From: Nageia nagi
Lineage: Eukaryota; Plantae; Pinophyta
Reading direction: 5' to 3'
Length of the DNA: 64,000 nucleotides
NCBI GenBank assembly: GCA_050084985.1
Contig: JBITNC010000001.1
Span: 153,512,001 to 153,576,000 of the forward strand
Of the stretch, positions 39,150 through 53,800 are shown one piece after another. The notes below the pieces were generated by a model. The model was not told the DNA's origin. It saw only the letters and a program-made list of their open reading frames with translations, and ran no database searches. The position numbers were made by a program, and so were the translations under genes. Position 1 is the first letter of the stretch. The number at the start of each line of letters is the position of its first letter.

Positions 39150-42100
39150 ATTGAAGTCTAAGCTACAAACCCTATACCAAGGGCTTTTAAATATCCAGGG
39201 GGATCTATTATTTTTGGCTAAGCACACTTTCCCATAAAGCTATGTGTGAAGTGAGGTGCAAAAAACTTTGCACCAATACCCATGCCTTAGATACAACCCT
39301 ACACAAAATTGGATTCCATTTATCAAAAGGTATATCAAAGACTATCTAGGCTATAAACTAAAACTAGGTAGGAAGCTGTGTTGACCATCTGTAAACTATA
39401 GTACACCAACAAGTGCTACTAGAAAGTTAATTTTCATAGAAGCCATATCCATAGCCTCTTTCCTTGTAAAATTTGGATTGGAGGGGTGTTTAGACAAGCC
39501 TACAGAGCAGATAATCCTTAACCTAGAATCATTCCTTCACACAAAAAACCTTGATTCAAAAAGCAGAACATATGAGATGCAATTTTTTAGGGCCATCAAA
39601 AATAGCAATTTAGAGGTAGCAAAAACTTTAGAGATAAATAACTAAAAATCTATACCATTTTAGTAGTTTTTAACAAAAGTAGATAGACCCACAGATATAA
39701 GAAAAAAGAGTCTAGGGGTCCAAAAATCATCTTTGGGATACCTAGCCCATTATGATCATCTTTTTGAGCTAATCATTTTGATATATTACACCCATACACT
39801 TTTTAAGCACTTCTAAAGATAGTAGTTTCTAAAAATATCAACTTTAGAAATAGTAGTTTTAGAAATGGCACATAAAACAAGTTCCCAAATAGTAGTAAAA
39901 GTTGATCCAAACCATGATGAAATTTCAAACTATGATCCAACAAATGGTAAATACACTTACTAGTACATTTAGGGTAGAAATCCAACAAATACAAACCCAA
40001 ATATAGACCCTTGATAAAAAAATGTGACAATGTTCAACTAAGTCTTAGTCATACCAACAATGCATCTAGTTCACAACAATCAAAGTAGTCAAGAAATCCA
40101 TAAGGGTATCATCATAACTTTTAGAGCCAACAAGGTGATTTCATCCTTCCATGCACAACCAAATTGGATTTTTCTCAATTTGATGGATATAATCCCACTA
40201 GATAGATTTATAAGGATGGACAGTATTTCACATTGAACCAAATCCTGAAGGATTTGAAGGTGCACATGGAAACTTTTTATTTGGACTATGAGGCTCTCTA
40301 ATGGCACTAGTGGTACTCAAAGATGCATCCTACTCCTTCATGGAATGAATTCATTCAAAAATTATTGATCCATTTTGGTCCTAGTGACTATGAAGACTTC
40401 ATAAGGGCATTGACCAAGTTATGTCAAACTACCACAGTTAAAGAAAACCAAAATCAATTTGAGAAATTGGTAAATCACAAAGAGGGGTTGGACAATGCAT
40501 TTTTCATAAGTTATTTTATTAGTGGCTTAAAGGAAGAAATTAAACTAGAGGCCAAAATGTTTAATCCCAAAACTATTATGGATGCTATTGCCTTGGTAAA
40601 GCTTATTGAAGATAAAGCTAGTGCTCATCGATAAAATGCAAGACCTCCATTCACCAAAACACATAATATTTCCCAATCCTCAAATAACACAAGTGCCCCA
40701 CCACTGAATCACATAATGCAAACTAAGAAGTTAACATGGGAGGAAATGGAAGAGCATTGAAAGAAGGGCTTGTCCTATAATTGTGATGAGAAATTTATTT
40801 ATGGTCATCATTGTACACAATAAAAGTTATATTTTATTGATGTTGATGCTCCTAGTGAGATGGAATATGAGAGTGCACCTGAAGAACCTATAGAGAAAAT
40901 TTTAGATGAGGAGGCCCCTAGTTAGCTCTTACAATGCATTAGTAGGAATAACCACCCCTCAAACTATGAAGGTCAAAGGGTTTTTTTAAAAAGCACCCTC
41001 TCATAATATTGTTGGATTTAGGAAGTACTCATAATTTCATTAATCCATGAGTGGCTAAGGTTGCAAAACTATTACATCCACCTACAAGTAATTTTGAGGT
41101 TATGGTTGGTAATGGAGGAAAAATATCATGTAAAGGCACATGTCTTAATGTCAAACTAAGCATGGACCACTATACTTTGAAAAGTGACATGTACACTTTA
41201 CCACTTGGGGGATGTGATATAGTTTTGGGGTACAATGGTTGAGGACTTTGGGCACTATATAGTGGAATTTTGTGGAACTATGGATGACCTTCAAAGTAGA
41301 TGAACAAGAGCATACACTTAGGGGATTATAGGGTGGATCTATACAAATTATGAGCTCACATCGCATGGAAAAGATCCTACAAAAAATTGGAAAAGGGATG
41401 CTAGTATAGCTACACTCCTTAACAATCATCAAATCTAAAATCATAGAGCCTCAAGATTTGTAGCCCATCTTAAGTAAGCATTCAAGTACCTTTGAGGAAC
41501 CAATGGACTTACCACCCTAGCAATCACATGATCATTCTATTCAATTGGTACCAAAAAATTCACCCACCAAACATTCATCCTTATCAGTATCCTTGTTTAT
41601 AAAAAAATGAAATTGAAAAATTGGTTAAGGAATTGTTGAATGCATGAGTAATCTAACTTTTGCATAAGCCCATATTTTTTTCTAATTATATTGGTTCATA
41701 AAAAAGATGGTTCATGGCATATGTGTGTGGATTTTAGGTCCCCTTAACAAAATTACCATCAAGGACAAATTTTCCATTCTGATCATTGATAATATTATTA
41801 GATGAACTTCATGGGCAAGATATTTTCCAAGTTGGACCTACAATCTGGGCATCACCAAATCTATCTCAAGGAGGAGGATATACCCAAAAACTACATTTGC
41901 ACCCATGAGGGAAATTATGAGTTCATGGCATGCCTTTTGGCCTCATAAATGCTCCATCCACATTTCAAAGTTCAATGAATTAGGTGTTTTGTTCTTTCCT
42001 CAAGAAGTTCATTCTAGTTTTCTTTGATGATATCTTGATCTATAGTAAGACATGGCAAGAACATGTAGCACATGTTGACAAAACCTTTCAAATTTTGAAG

Positions 42101-44655
42101 GAACACTATCTATATGTAGAAAAATCAAAATGCTCATTTGATAAGAGGGAAATTGACTACTTAGGCCATGTTATATATGAAAAGGGAGTTAAGGTGGATC
42201 CATAAAAGATTACTGACATGCAAAACTAGTCTATTTCTAAATCTTTGAAAATTCTTTAAAGATTCTTAGGTTTGATAGGCATATTATCAAAAATTTGTGA
42301 AGGATTATGGAAATATTGTAGCACCTCTTACCATGTTGCTAAAAAATAATGCTTTTTAATGGTCCCCTCAAGCTGACATAGCTTTCCTTAAGCTCAAGGA
42401 AGTGATGTGTACCACCTTGGTATTAGCAATGCTAGATTTTTCTAAAACTTTTATGATAGAAAGTGATGCTTATGGAATAGGAATTAGGATAGTATTAATG
42501 TAAGGAAGTGCATCCCTTGGCATTCACTAGTAGAGCACTCTTTGGAAAAAAAATTCGGTAAATCCACTTTATGAAAAAAAATGCTTCCCATCATTCATGC
42601 AATTTAAAATGTTGGATACCATATCTCATTGGTTGCCATTTCATCATCCTCATATATCATCACAGTTTGAAATTTTTTATTGAGCAATGCATTTCTAAGC
42701 CTAAGCAACAAAAAATGGGTGACCAAATACTAGGGTATGATTATGAGATAGTATACTATAAACGTAAGGAGAATGTGGTCATTGATGCTCTATCCAAAAA
42801 AATTTGAAGATCAAGTAGCACTACAAGCTTTTTCATCTCCTATTACTCAATGGTTGGATAAAGTTTAAACAAGAGTGGGTAGAGGATAGCTCCACCCAAG
42901 AATTGCTAAAAATAGATCACTAAAAGACCCCATGAGTAAACCCCACCACACATGGCATGAGGGGTATTTGAGATTCAAAGGCCCCAAATTTTTTTTTTAC
43001 CATACCCTTCAAAATGTAAATCAAAAATACTTTCCAAATTGCATTCCACACATACTTTAGGAATAAATGGATTTTCAAATTATAAGTAGGTGGATGGTCA
43101 TTCTATTGGATAGGTATGAAATTGGTATCAAGCAGTTTATGGTAGCTTGTGATGTGTGTCAATGAAAAAGGGTGAGACAATGGGTACTTTGGGATAGGTA
43201 TGAAATTTTGGATTGATACTCAATGGATTTCATTGAAGGCCCTTCCTAAATACATGGTAAATTAGTTATTTTAGTGGGTGGTTGATTGGTTATCCAAATA
43301 TCTCATTTTTGTTCATTAGCTCATTCCCTATAAAGAGTGTATTGGCATAATTATTCTTGGATATAATTTTCAAACTACATGGCCTAATAGATATGACTTT
43401 CAGTGATCATGACCCCACTTTTACAAGCATTTTTGGCAAGAGCTTTTTAAACTGTAAGGTACCCAACAAAAAATGAGTTTCAACATATAACCAAAAAATT
43501 GGTGGTTAGAAAAAATTATCAATAAAAGCTTGGAAACATATTTATATTATTTTTGATTTAGCACAACCTATGCATTGGTATGATGGCTTCCCTTGGCTGA
43601 GTGGTGGTATAATACATCTTATCATTCTATCAGCAAGATGACCCCTTTTGAAGAGTGTATGGTCAAACTCCACCAATAATCACCTTGTTATTGCAAGTAC
43701 TATAAAGTTTAGGTAGTTGACTTAGATTTATTTAAACTTAGGATGATATTATTTATTTGCTCAAGGATAATTTTTTAGATATCCCAACACTATATGAAAT
43801 AAAAAAGCTAATCAGCAACATGTGGAAAGAGATTTCCCCAGTGATGACATGACTTTCTAAGGTTGCAACCTTATCACCAAAAATCCTTAAAAAAAAAAGG
43901 CCCAAAAAAATTGGCCATGTTACGTGTATCGGCCAGCTACATACAAATTGGAGTTTCTTGCTTCTTCCAAATTCCCCAGTGTTTCATGTCTCCTATATAA
44001 GAAAGTGGTTGGATCAAAGGTTCAGTTTAGACCTAATTACCTAATTTGGGTGGAGGATGGATCAATGGAATTGTACCTAAATAGTTTTGGATCAATGTTC
44101 ATGATAACTTTTATAAACACTCCATCACAAAAGTCCTTATTTCAATGGCAAGGCATGGCACCAAAAAAAATGCAAGATGGGAAATACTTCACCAATATAG
44201 CAATAGTTTCTACGCTTCAAGATTTGAGGACAAAGCTTCATCCCAAGAGAGGTGGCATGTTAGGATCCCACATCCTAACATTTTAGTGTTAGTATTAGTA
44301 TTTATTTAATTAGCAACCTATAGTGTAAATCAAATATTGTAATTGTAAGGGTGGGCTCAATTTTGCATTACTATTAGGGTTAGGATTTATTTTATTATAA
44401 AAGATAATAGTGTGTGGGGAAAGCTTTTGGAATATTACTTTTTAGTTTTTAGGAGTTATAAGGAGGTATCCCCCCCAAAGTGGCCTATGATTCTATTACT
44501 ATCAGTAAAATCCTATCCTTATCTACTATTTTGTGTTTTATTTATCAGTGCATGCTTTGTTATTTTTCCCTAGATAATTATCATTTTCCTATTTCACATT
44601 GATATTCATTTCATTTCTATAATATTTCTCTTTTTTAAATTGTAGCATCATAACA
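39150..44655 (+). mobile_element. Ty3/gypsy chromovirus (Reina/Tekay-like), degenerate gag-pol, 5' LTR missing
   Basis: Gag FGPSDYEDF..LTKLCQT, knuckle KGLSYNCDEKFIYGHHC, protease LLDLGSTHNFI, RT KKDGSWHMCVDFR and FFDDILIYS, RNase H, integrase, chromodomain QWQGMAP. PPT at ~44245-44255. 3' LTR 44258-44655. Confidence 0.92.
44258..44655 (+). repeat. 3' LTR of the chromovirus (398 bp)
   Basis: Terminal inverted repeats tgttaggat...atcataaca, directly after the PPT. Confidence 0.8.
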
Positions 44656-44937
44656 ATAACTCTCATTTGCATTCCACTTGACCATCAAATCCTCTGACTT
44701 GTAGATGTTCTAAGCAAGGAATTTTGACCTATCAAATTGATTGATAGGTTTCTTATCTACAACCTAGAGTTAATGGAGTAATGTAAAAGAAAGAAAACAA
44801 AAAAAGTAACTCAATTATCATAAAAGAGGGTCAAAAAAAGTAAATCAAATTATCATAATAGAGGGTCAATCTTTTATTAACATAAATTAGAATTGGTTAC
44901 AATATTTTTAATTTGGGCCCCCCTTTTATTATCTTGC

Positions 44938-44991
44938 TTCTCCCCCCCACCCACCCCTTTCCCCTCCCTCTTTTTTCTCTTCTCTTCTTCT

Positions 44992-45046
<55 letters not shown>

Positions 45047-45060
45047 CTCCTCTCTCTCCC

Positions 45061-45096
<36 letters not shown>

Positions 45097-45126
45097 CCCT
45101 CTCTCTCTCTCTCTCTCTCTCTTTTC

Positions 45127-45166
<40 letters not shown>

Positions 45167-45230
45167 CTCTCCTCTCTCTCCCCTCTCTCTCTCTCTCTCT
45201 CTCTCTCTCCCCTTCTCTCTCTCTCTCCCC

Positions 45231-45306
<76 letters not shown>

Positions 45307-45329
45307 TCTCCCCTCTCTCCTCCCTCTTC
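44938..45329. repeat. ~390-bp (CT)n/polypyrimidine microsatellite
   Basis: Direct reading. Explains the SL- and ER-repeat ORFs at 44893-45417. Confidence 0.97.
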
Positions 45330-45641
45330 ATTTTATAAGAGGATTTCTAAACCACCTCTTAATCAACCAATATGGACAACTGAAACACCCCTCAACCTAC
45401 CCAAATTATTTGTTTAAAATGAAGGTTTTAGTTATCACTTTATGGATGTATGTGTTGGTGTAAAATTGTTGCATTTTTTATCATATTTTTAAAAAGGAGC
45501 ATAGCTTAATCATTCTTTCCCAAATGAAAGAATGCTTCCAAGCAATATTCTTTGGTTACCCAGGCACCCAACCTCAATCATAATGAGCCCAATTATGATA
45601 TTGGCCATGGATAACATAAAATATAACATTCTGATCAATAA

Positions 45642-45790
45642 CACCATATATATAAAATATCCAAATGCATAATATATGTTCATGATAAAGTACACCATAT
45701 GATACAAAATTATCCAAATCCACCAAATGTTCATATCAAGTACACCATATGATATAAAATAATCCAAAACCCAACAATGATATGAAATGA
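45642..45790. repeat. Minisatellite, ~3 x 50 bp
   Basis: Repeating caccatat(g)ata(c/t)aaaa..atccaaa...atgttcat...aagta unit. Confidence 0.8.
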
Positions 45791-45899
45791 TCAACTACAT
45801 CATATTGGTTTGAAATGATGACACTTTACAAAATAATAAATGATCCAATACACAAAATGAATAATGATCTAATACACCAAAGGGGTTTAAAAAATACAA

Positions 45900-48800
45900 C
45901 TAATCATAAATTTAAAATATACAACAAAATGAAAAAAAATTTATTAAGTACATATAGGTCTAAAAAATGCAATTTCCCATATTTAATGTTTTAATACCCA
46001 TTAAATAAAATTTTGAAACCCCTATATGTTTTGAATTATTAAATTTTCAAAATTTTCCCAAAAAAAATGGAATCAAAAAAAATATGCTTTAATACTTTTA
46101 AAAATGTTAAACCCCTAAATTTAAATACTATTTATTTTTTTAAAAAAACAAATAAAATATCTTCCCCAGGAAAATTATTTTAAAAAAAGAATTAAAAAAT
46201 TCCAAATAGATGTATAATTTTTTGTTTAGCATTGTTCAAAATTTACCCATAAAACTTGGATGCTTCAAAATAATATTAAAATTCTAATCCCCCATATGAA
46301 AAAGAAATTTGCATTTTTACACATGCTGATGCAAGGGTTTGGGGAATTTTTGATAAAAGCATGATGAAACTAATTTCATTTTTGCAATGATTGCAAATAT
46401 AAAACATATGGAAGGTGTGATAATTTTTTTTGACAAATGCATGAAAAAACATATTTTTTTTGAAAATCTATTTTTTTTAAATTACTCAAATTTAAATTTT
46501 CAAATGATAAAAAATTAAATTTGTAAGTTTACATAACGCTCAAATGTTCAAAATGTTTACAATAACTCCCACAACATTTTGATTTACGCACCAAAACACA
46601 TAAAATAGATTTTTGAAAAAAAGTAATGAAAAAAAAACCCTGATAGACGAATCAAAATGTGGATACATGATGAAAAAAATAGCCTTTAATTGACTGGTTG
46701 GAAAAATAAATAAGGATAATAAGGTCCCTTAAAACTTGATTGTAACCCTTGGGAACCACAATTTAAAAAGCACTTTTTTCCAATTTGGGGCTTTTTAAAA
46801 ATTTTTATCTTTAAAATTTTTTTGATATATGGAATTTTAAAAAACATTTCATATCACATGTTGAAAATTTTCTTTATTTTTCCAACAAATTTTTTGGGCA
46901 AAAGGGATTTTAAAAAACCTTTTATATCCCTGTTTTAATATTTTTTCCTTTTTCCCAAAAAATTTTTTTGATATAAGGGTATTTTTTAAACATTTAAACA
47001 ATATATAGTGAAAAAAAAAAGGGGTCCAGGGGGGGTTGGGGGGGCATTTGGCTTTTCATCATTTTAATTTTTTAGCTAAAGGGGGTTTAAAGGAGAGGGG
47101 GAATTTTGGGGTTTTTTAAAAATTTCATACACATAAATTTGGGATTTTAAATCTCCATTCAATTCCAATTTAAGTAAAAAATTTTTATACAACAAACAAG
47201 AAAGAGCTATAAATATCAAATTTTTTTCATCTAACAACCCCACATCCTTCAGGTTTTTGGGGATTTTTTTTTTCCTTTGGGGAAATTTTGCTTTGATTTT
47301 TTTTTTTATTTTTTTAGAAATTTATATATACTTGGCTCTCTTTTACTTGCAAATTATAAACAATAATGCAGACTAAAAACATTGAAATTTGAAAAAATCA
47401 CTATGAAAGTAGTCAAATTAGATATAATTATTAATCAAATATTTATCAAAAATTCAGATTTTCATTTCAAAATATGAATGTTTTTTGCTTACCCCTAATA
47501 AGCCTCAAAGGAATGATGTTATTAACAATTTTCTACATCTCTATATGAAGCATTTTGCTTAGCAATTCATTTTTTTTTCATGAAATTTTGAAAAGTTAGG
47601 GTTACACAAAACTTTCAAAATATATTCATTTTTGCTTCAACTTGTTCATAAGTTTCCAAACCCAACCCAAATTGGATGCTTAAAAATTTATGATTGTAAA
47701 AAACAAAGGGAATTGCAAAAAGTACCAAAAGACATTAGTTTTTCCCCCTACACAATGCATAATGAACAAAATACATTAACCTTTGGTAGGGTTTTTCTCA
47801 AAAACCAAGAACCACAAATTTTATTTACAACCCCAAAATTTCATTTGGTGTCCATATATTTCAGTTATCTTGCTAATTTATCTTTTGTTTAATAACCAAA
47901 TTTTCCTCTCTAAAATGACTCAAATACAAGAAAATTTTAAAAAAATTGTATCAAGTGCCATATTATAAGAAATTTTAAATCATCAAAAATGAAATTTTTT
48001 AAATGCTTTATATTTAAAAAAAATCAAAATACCCTCCTCCTCCAAACCCCTTACTCAAAGCTCAAAAGATAAAAACATTTAAAGTGCTTAAAAAAAAAAG
48101 GAATATGTTTGGCCTCCTTTTGCCTAACTTGTAAAAAATCAGCTAAACATATAAAAAAAAAACATGTGGTTTCCAATGGATTCTATTGTAATATAAAGAT
48201 AGATGAAAATAAGGGGAACATTTTTGTGGGTTATTTCATTTATGCCCTTTTTAGAATCTTTTACAAAAAATTATACAAATGAAATTTATTAGAATCAAAA
48301 ATGACCCCAAAAGTTGAATTTGGAAAAACTACTTATAATATTTTTGCCAAATAAAAAAATAGGGTTCCCAAATGGATTTCATAATATATATACAAAAATG
48401 AGATGAATACAATTAAAAATGTTGGGGGCCTTTTCATTTTCTAGCATGAAAAGAGAAATTTTATAAATAAATTTGACATTTTGATATAAACATATCTCAT
48501 TAAGTATTCCATTTTTAGTTAAAATTGTGCTCATCATGTATCTTCCAAATTTTTTGATAATGTTATAAAGAAAATTTGTTTTTTTTTAGTTTTTAAAAAA
48601 TGTCTTCTTACTTGGGTGTTCTTATTAGGTTTTTTAAATTAATTTTTTTGGAAACAATATAGAAAAAAATTTTTGTTCTTTTTTAGAAATAATTAGAATA
48701 TAAAATTTTTGAATAATTTTTTGCATTGGATGTACAAATTTTTTGAACAATTGTTTAAATATATCATTTATATCATTTTTTGGTGCTTTGATAATTTTAT

Positions 48801-51800
48801 TTTTAATGGGCACTTGATTTCATTAAAGCCTTTTGCTTTCATCATTTACAATTTTAGTGATTGGCAATTCCATTGGTGTGGGTGTATTTTGGGTTTTTAA
48901 ATTTTTAAAGTTTATTGGAATGCTTGGAAAATATTTATGCAAATTTGGAATAATACAAGCCCCATAATATGTATAAAAATATTCTCTAAAGAAGGAGGAA
49001 CCATAAAGAGTAGTTAAAATTTTTTTTTCCTTTTTTTGGGGTTCTAATTTTCCCTTAATTTTTTAAAAAATGTAAAAAATAACAAGGTACAAAAAATTAT
49101 TTCACAACAGATGACATTATTCAAGTTTTTAAAAATCCCCAAAACCAAAAAACCTAGCTTGAATAAGGAAACAACTTTTTAAAAAAATTTTTATATGTTC
49201 AAAAAAAATTCAAAAGGGTATTTTTGGAAAAAAAATAAAATGAGAATTGTTTAATAATTGCAGATGAAAATTTTTTGGAATTAATTTTTATAGAAAACAT
49301 GAAAATTTTAAAAATTTTTCCAACTTTCAAAAAAAAATCTTTCAAACTGATTAAAATTAAAAAATGAAAAAATTTATTTAAATAGTAATATTCAAAATTT
49401 TGAAAACCTTTTTTAAAAAAATTGCAAAAAATTTTTGTTTTAAAATCCTTTTTTTTTATTTTTGAAAAAAAAAAAAAAGGCTATAAAAACCCAAAAATAT
49501 AGTTGTAAAAATAAAAATTTAAAAAGGGAAAAACCCTTTTGAAAATTTAACTTGCATAAAAAAAAATTTTGTTTTTTATTATATGTAAAAATGCAAATTT
49601 TTAATTAGGTTATAAATCTTTAAAAAAGCAGGTGATTTTTATTCTATTCCTAGATGTTCATTCTTAAAAATTTCCCCAGGACTAAAAAAGAAAAAAATCA
49701 ATTAAAAAGACAAAAATGGTTTTGCACAAAGGGGTTGTAAGCCCAAATTGTATTAATACAAAATAGAATTTTTGGGGAAATTTTGGTAATTATTAATGTT
49801 TCCCAGTAAATTTTAATTAAAAAAAGGTTTAAAAGACAAAGGTTGGGGAAAACTTACCAAATTTCAAATTGTATTATATTTAAAACTATAGCTTTAAGGA
49901 ACATTATTTGTGCAACTTTAAGTTTATTTTCATAGAAAAGAAATCCTTAAAAGGGTTTAACATTTAGAATGAGTAAAAGTGCCTACAAGTAACTGAGCTG
50001 ATGGGTGATGCCAAAAAATGGTGTTCCCCCCAAAAAAAAAAGCCTTCATGCTGGGTTTTTATAAAGTGGCATAGAGGAACAATGTATTTAAACCCTCCAA
50101 AAAATACCATTCAAAAGAGAAGTCATTCAAGTAAAATTTAAAAGAAAAAGTCTTTAGCTCAAAAAAGAAACTTAAAAAATTTTGTAGCTAAATTACAACC
50201 AAATTTAACATTGTGAAAACAAAAATTAAAACCTTTTTGAAAAAAAGATCTTTTGGCCTTTTCCAAACCCCCTTGGATCCCTTTTGGAAATCTTTAAACT
50301 TGAACGAAAAAATAATAGAATAGGCATTTTATACCAAAAAAAAATGAAATTTAAAAAGGATCTTCCCCAAACCCCTAACCCCCCCAAAATAGGAATAAAT
50401 GGGAAAGTACAAAAACAAAAAATCCCAAATTTTTTTGATGATTTTTTTTGTTTAAAAAACCCTTTAAAAGAACTTTTTCTAAGTTTATGGGAAAAAATAT
50501 CAATTTACTAAATTCAATTTTAAGATCCAAGGGCCCCAGAAAATTTGGGAAAAAAAGGGAAAATATCAAAAGGAAAAAAGCTTTCTAAATTTTCTTCATT
50601 TTGAAGAACATAAATGGTTTTTTCCCTTCTAAAAGTAATTTTAAAATAAAAAATTCATCTTTTTTCAAAAATTTTTAAAAAAATTGAAAAAAAGGTTTTT
50701 AAAAATTCTTAAAATTAAATAATTCCTAACAAATTTCAAAATTTTTTTAAATTGGACCAACTAAAAAATTCATGCTTGAGAAGTTTGAAAGAACATTTAA
50801 ATTTTTTTTACCCCATAGATTTAAAAAAGGAAATTTTAATTGTAACTTAAGTTTTATGGTTTTTTTTTTTAAAAAAAACCCTGTTTGATGCTATATCATC
50901 ATAAAAAAATAAAACTTCAAAAATTGTGTGCAAAAAAACCAAAAAAAAAATTCTTGAAGTAAACAAGTTAGTAAATAAAAAATATTCTTGTAGGAGAAAT
51001 TTAATTTTATTAGTTTTGGGGAAAATTCTTAATTTTTTTTAAAAGAACTTTTTGAAATCATTATTTTGGAAAATTTAAAGGGGTTAAAAAAATTTTTAAT
51101 ATAGGTTTTGTTATTATATAGGTTCCTAATAACTAAAACAATTAAGATTTAAAGGATATATATAGGATTTATTAAAAAAAATGTATCAGTGGTTTAAGTT
51201 AAAAAGGACCTTCAAATTAAAAAATATAGTTATGGGGGTTTATAATTTACCCCCCCAAAAAGGGGTTTAATTATATAATACTTCAAATTTATTATTAAAT
51301 TTATAAAAATGTAATTACAAAAAAGTTAAATAAAAAATTTAAATGGAGAAAAAATAACCCCCAAGAAAATATGAGTACAAAGGTGAAAATTAAACTAAAA
51401 GGTGTTTTGTTACAATCAAATAAATATTTAAATTCCCAAAAACTTAGGGACATAAAGTTAAATGAAAAATTGCATTTTTTTTAAAGGTATTTTGCTAGGG
51501 GTTTTTATTTTTTTGCCCTTTGGATTTTTACCTTTTACATAGTAATTTTTTTTTATGTAATAGTTTTTCTTTTTTTTTTCCTTATTTATTATTTTTTAGA
51601 AATACCAGCATTTACGGGAAAGAACTATTTTTAAAGTGAATGGAGATTTAAAAAAAAATTAAAAAAAAATAATTTTTTTAAAATTTTATTGTTTTAAATC
51701 CCCCCCAACGAGGCTTTTTCAATAATTCAAAATAAAAAAAATAAAAATTTTCCCCCCTTTTTTTTAATAAATTTAATTATTTTTCCCCAATCCCCATGAT

Positions 51801-53800
51801 TTTACTTGTAAATTTTAAAAAAAATTAAGTCTTTTTGTTTTTTAAAATTCTTTTTGTTTTTTTAAAAAAAAAAAAACAAAAATAATACTTTTTTAAAAAT
51901 TTTTTGGGTAAAATTTTAATTCATTTTCAAAACATTCCTTTATTTTAATATGTATTATTTGTTGATTTTTAATTTTTTGAGTGGATAAAAAGGTAATTTT
52001 ATTAACCCCAATGGGTTATAATAAAGTCTATTTCTATTTTTTTGAAATTTTAAGAAATAAAGTAAAAGTAATCAAAACATTAAAAATTTTTTTAAAAAAT
52101 AACAAAAAACATATTTTAAAAAATATGAATAAAAATAATCCTGACCCAAAAATTGGGGGGGGGAACCACAATTCTTTCCCTTTACTTAATTAGGGTTTTT
52201 TTAATCTTATCTTTTATTGTTAAAATTAATTTTTACCCCAAAAAACCCTCGAAGGCTTATCTTGCATATTTTACTTTAAATAAAAATTCCCCACCTAATA
52301 TCCCCCAACCCCCCCAAAAAAAACATTTTTTTAGTCATATCAATTTCCTTAAGCCTTAAAATTTACCCTTTTTTGAGAATAATTCAAATTTTTTAAGGGT
52401 CCCTTTTTGATCAATTGGGCCCCCCGTTTCAAATAGTCCCTTATTTAATAAAGAAATTTATCTACAAATTTTTTCAAAAATGAAAAATTTAAGCATTCTT
52501 ACTTATTAAAAACTTTTAAAAAACCCAAAATCTGGGGTCCTTATCAAAATAATTATTTTGTCCCTTAACCTCTCCCTCCCAGGGATTTTGGTAGGGTTTT
52601 AAACCCCAATAAGGATTTCATCAATGATTCTAATTGAAATCTTGCCCACCCATACACCTATAAACCCCAAAACCTTAGTGCCCATTTCAATGTAAAATTA
52701 GGGTCCCTTTGACCATAAAATATGGCAACCCCCCATAATTATTTGATTTCCCCCTGTGAAACCCCCCTTTTGGTATACTTGTGTCCCCTGGAAGTTCCTC
52801 TAACATTAGCAATCTTTTCTATCCCCTGTAGTTCCAAATTTTTTTATGGACTTTTTTTACCTTCCTTCCATATAGGAAACATTTTTAATGCCCCCCGCTA
52901 GGATTCATTAAAAAAATTTTAAAAGATATAATAACCCAAAAGGGGAATGTTTTTTGCCTAATTTTTCTTACTTTTTATCTAGTAATGGGGGGTACCAAAT
53001 TTCCCAAAAATTTTGGATGTCCAAAAAGGCAATTTCTTCTAGGTTTTTAGCTTTGTTTCCCATGATTGTAAAGGTTAGTTCAAAGTATCTTAATAATATT
53101 GGGGAATATTAATTCTTTCAACATTGTAAATTTCAAGTATCAATGTGAAATAAGGGAATAAATTTTCTTCCCTTTGTATTAGCCTCACCAAAAATATCCT
53201 AAAGAAGGGCAAGTATCATCTACAATTTAGTATGAATATCTACATTATATTCACTCTAGTTCAAATGAATCTTGCAAACCTCCTAAAAAACTTCCAATCT
53301 GGTCTCCCCCCTTATCAACCTAGTCTTTTCCTAAATTTATTTTTGGGCCCCCAAGGGGGGCCCCCTATAATTACATCAAGAAGGGGCCTTTTACCTGGGT
53401 ATGAAATGAGTAGAATATTTCCTCCTTCACCAACTATCATAGTGGGAAACCATTGTTTTTGTTTGGGAATCAATTTTTTCCCCAAAAGGGTTTTACAAAT
53501 TATTTTGGGTTTTCCAACCCCTTGCTTTTCCCCAAGGGGACTTTTTTCATTTGGGCCCTTTTTTAAAAAACCTTCATTCTTAAAAAAAAAAAGAAAATAT
53601 ATTTAAATTTCTTTTCTAAAAATAAATATTAAAATTAAAAACCTTTTCTAGAAAAATTTACAAATAAAAAAATAAAATATATCTTTACAAACTCAATGGG
53701 GGAGAGTAAGATTTCTATGGCTTCTTTAATTTTAAATTTAACCCCCCCCTTTTAAACCCCCTTTTCCCCCTCTAAAAAAAGACAAAAATGATGTATAAAA
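45900..53800. other. Homopolymer-inflated, probably low-quality consensus sequence
   Basis: Abrupt excess of A, T, C and G runs compared with the flanks. No coherent ORFs. Confidence 0.65.
52400..53100 (-). mobile_element. Possible LINE endonuclease remnant
   Basis: Garbled GxDFN-like (~52635-52650) and INxYG-like (~52735) motifs. Confidence 0.35.

Noticed and set aside
44727-44767. Hairpin acctatcaa-attga-ttgataggt followed by CTAG, resembling a Helitron 3' end
   Set aside because: The stem is AT-rich, CTAG is not followed by T, and no 5' TC end or Rep/Hel remnant was identified.
44893-45417. 141-174-aa ORFs rich in SL or ER repeats
   Set aside because: They are translations of the (CT)n microsatellite, not genes.
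45642-45790. Repeat with variable segments, superficially CRISPR-like
   Set aside because: Eukaryotic context, degenerate tandem units without unique spacers, and no cas genes.
45900-50300. Possible hAT or MULE transposase in the run-rich region
   Set aside because: No motif could be read reliably through the homopolymer noise.
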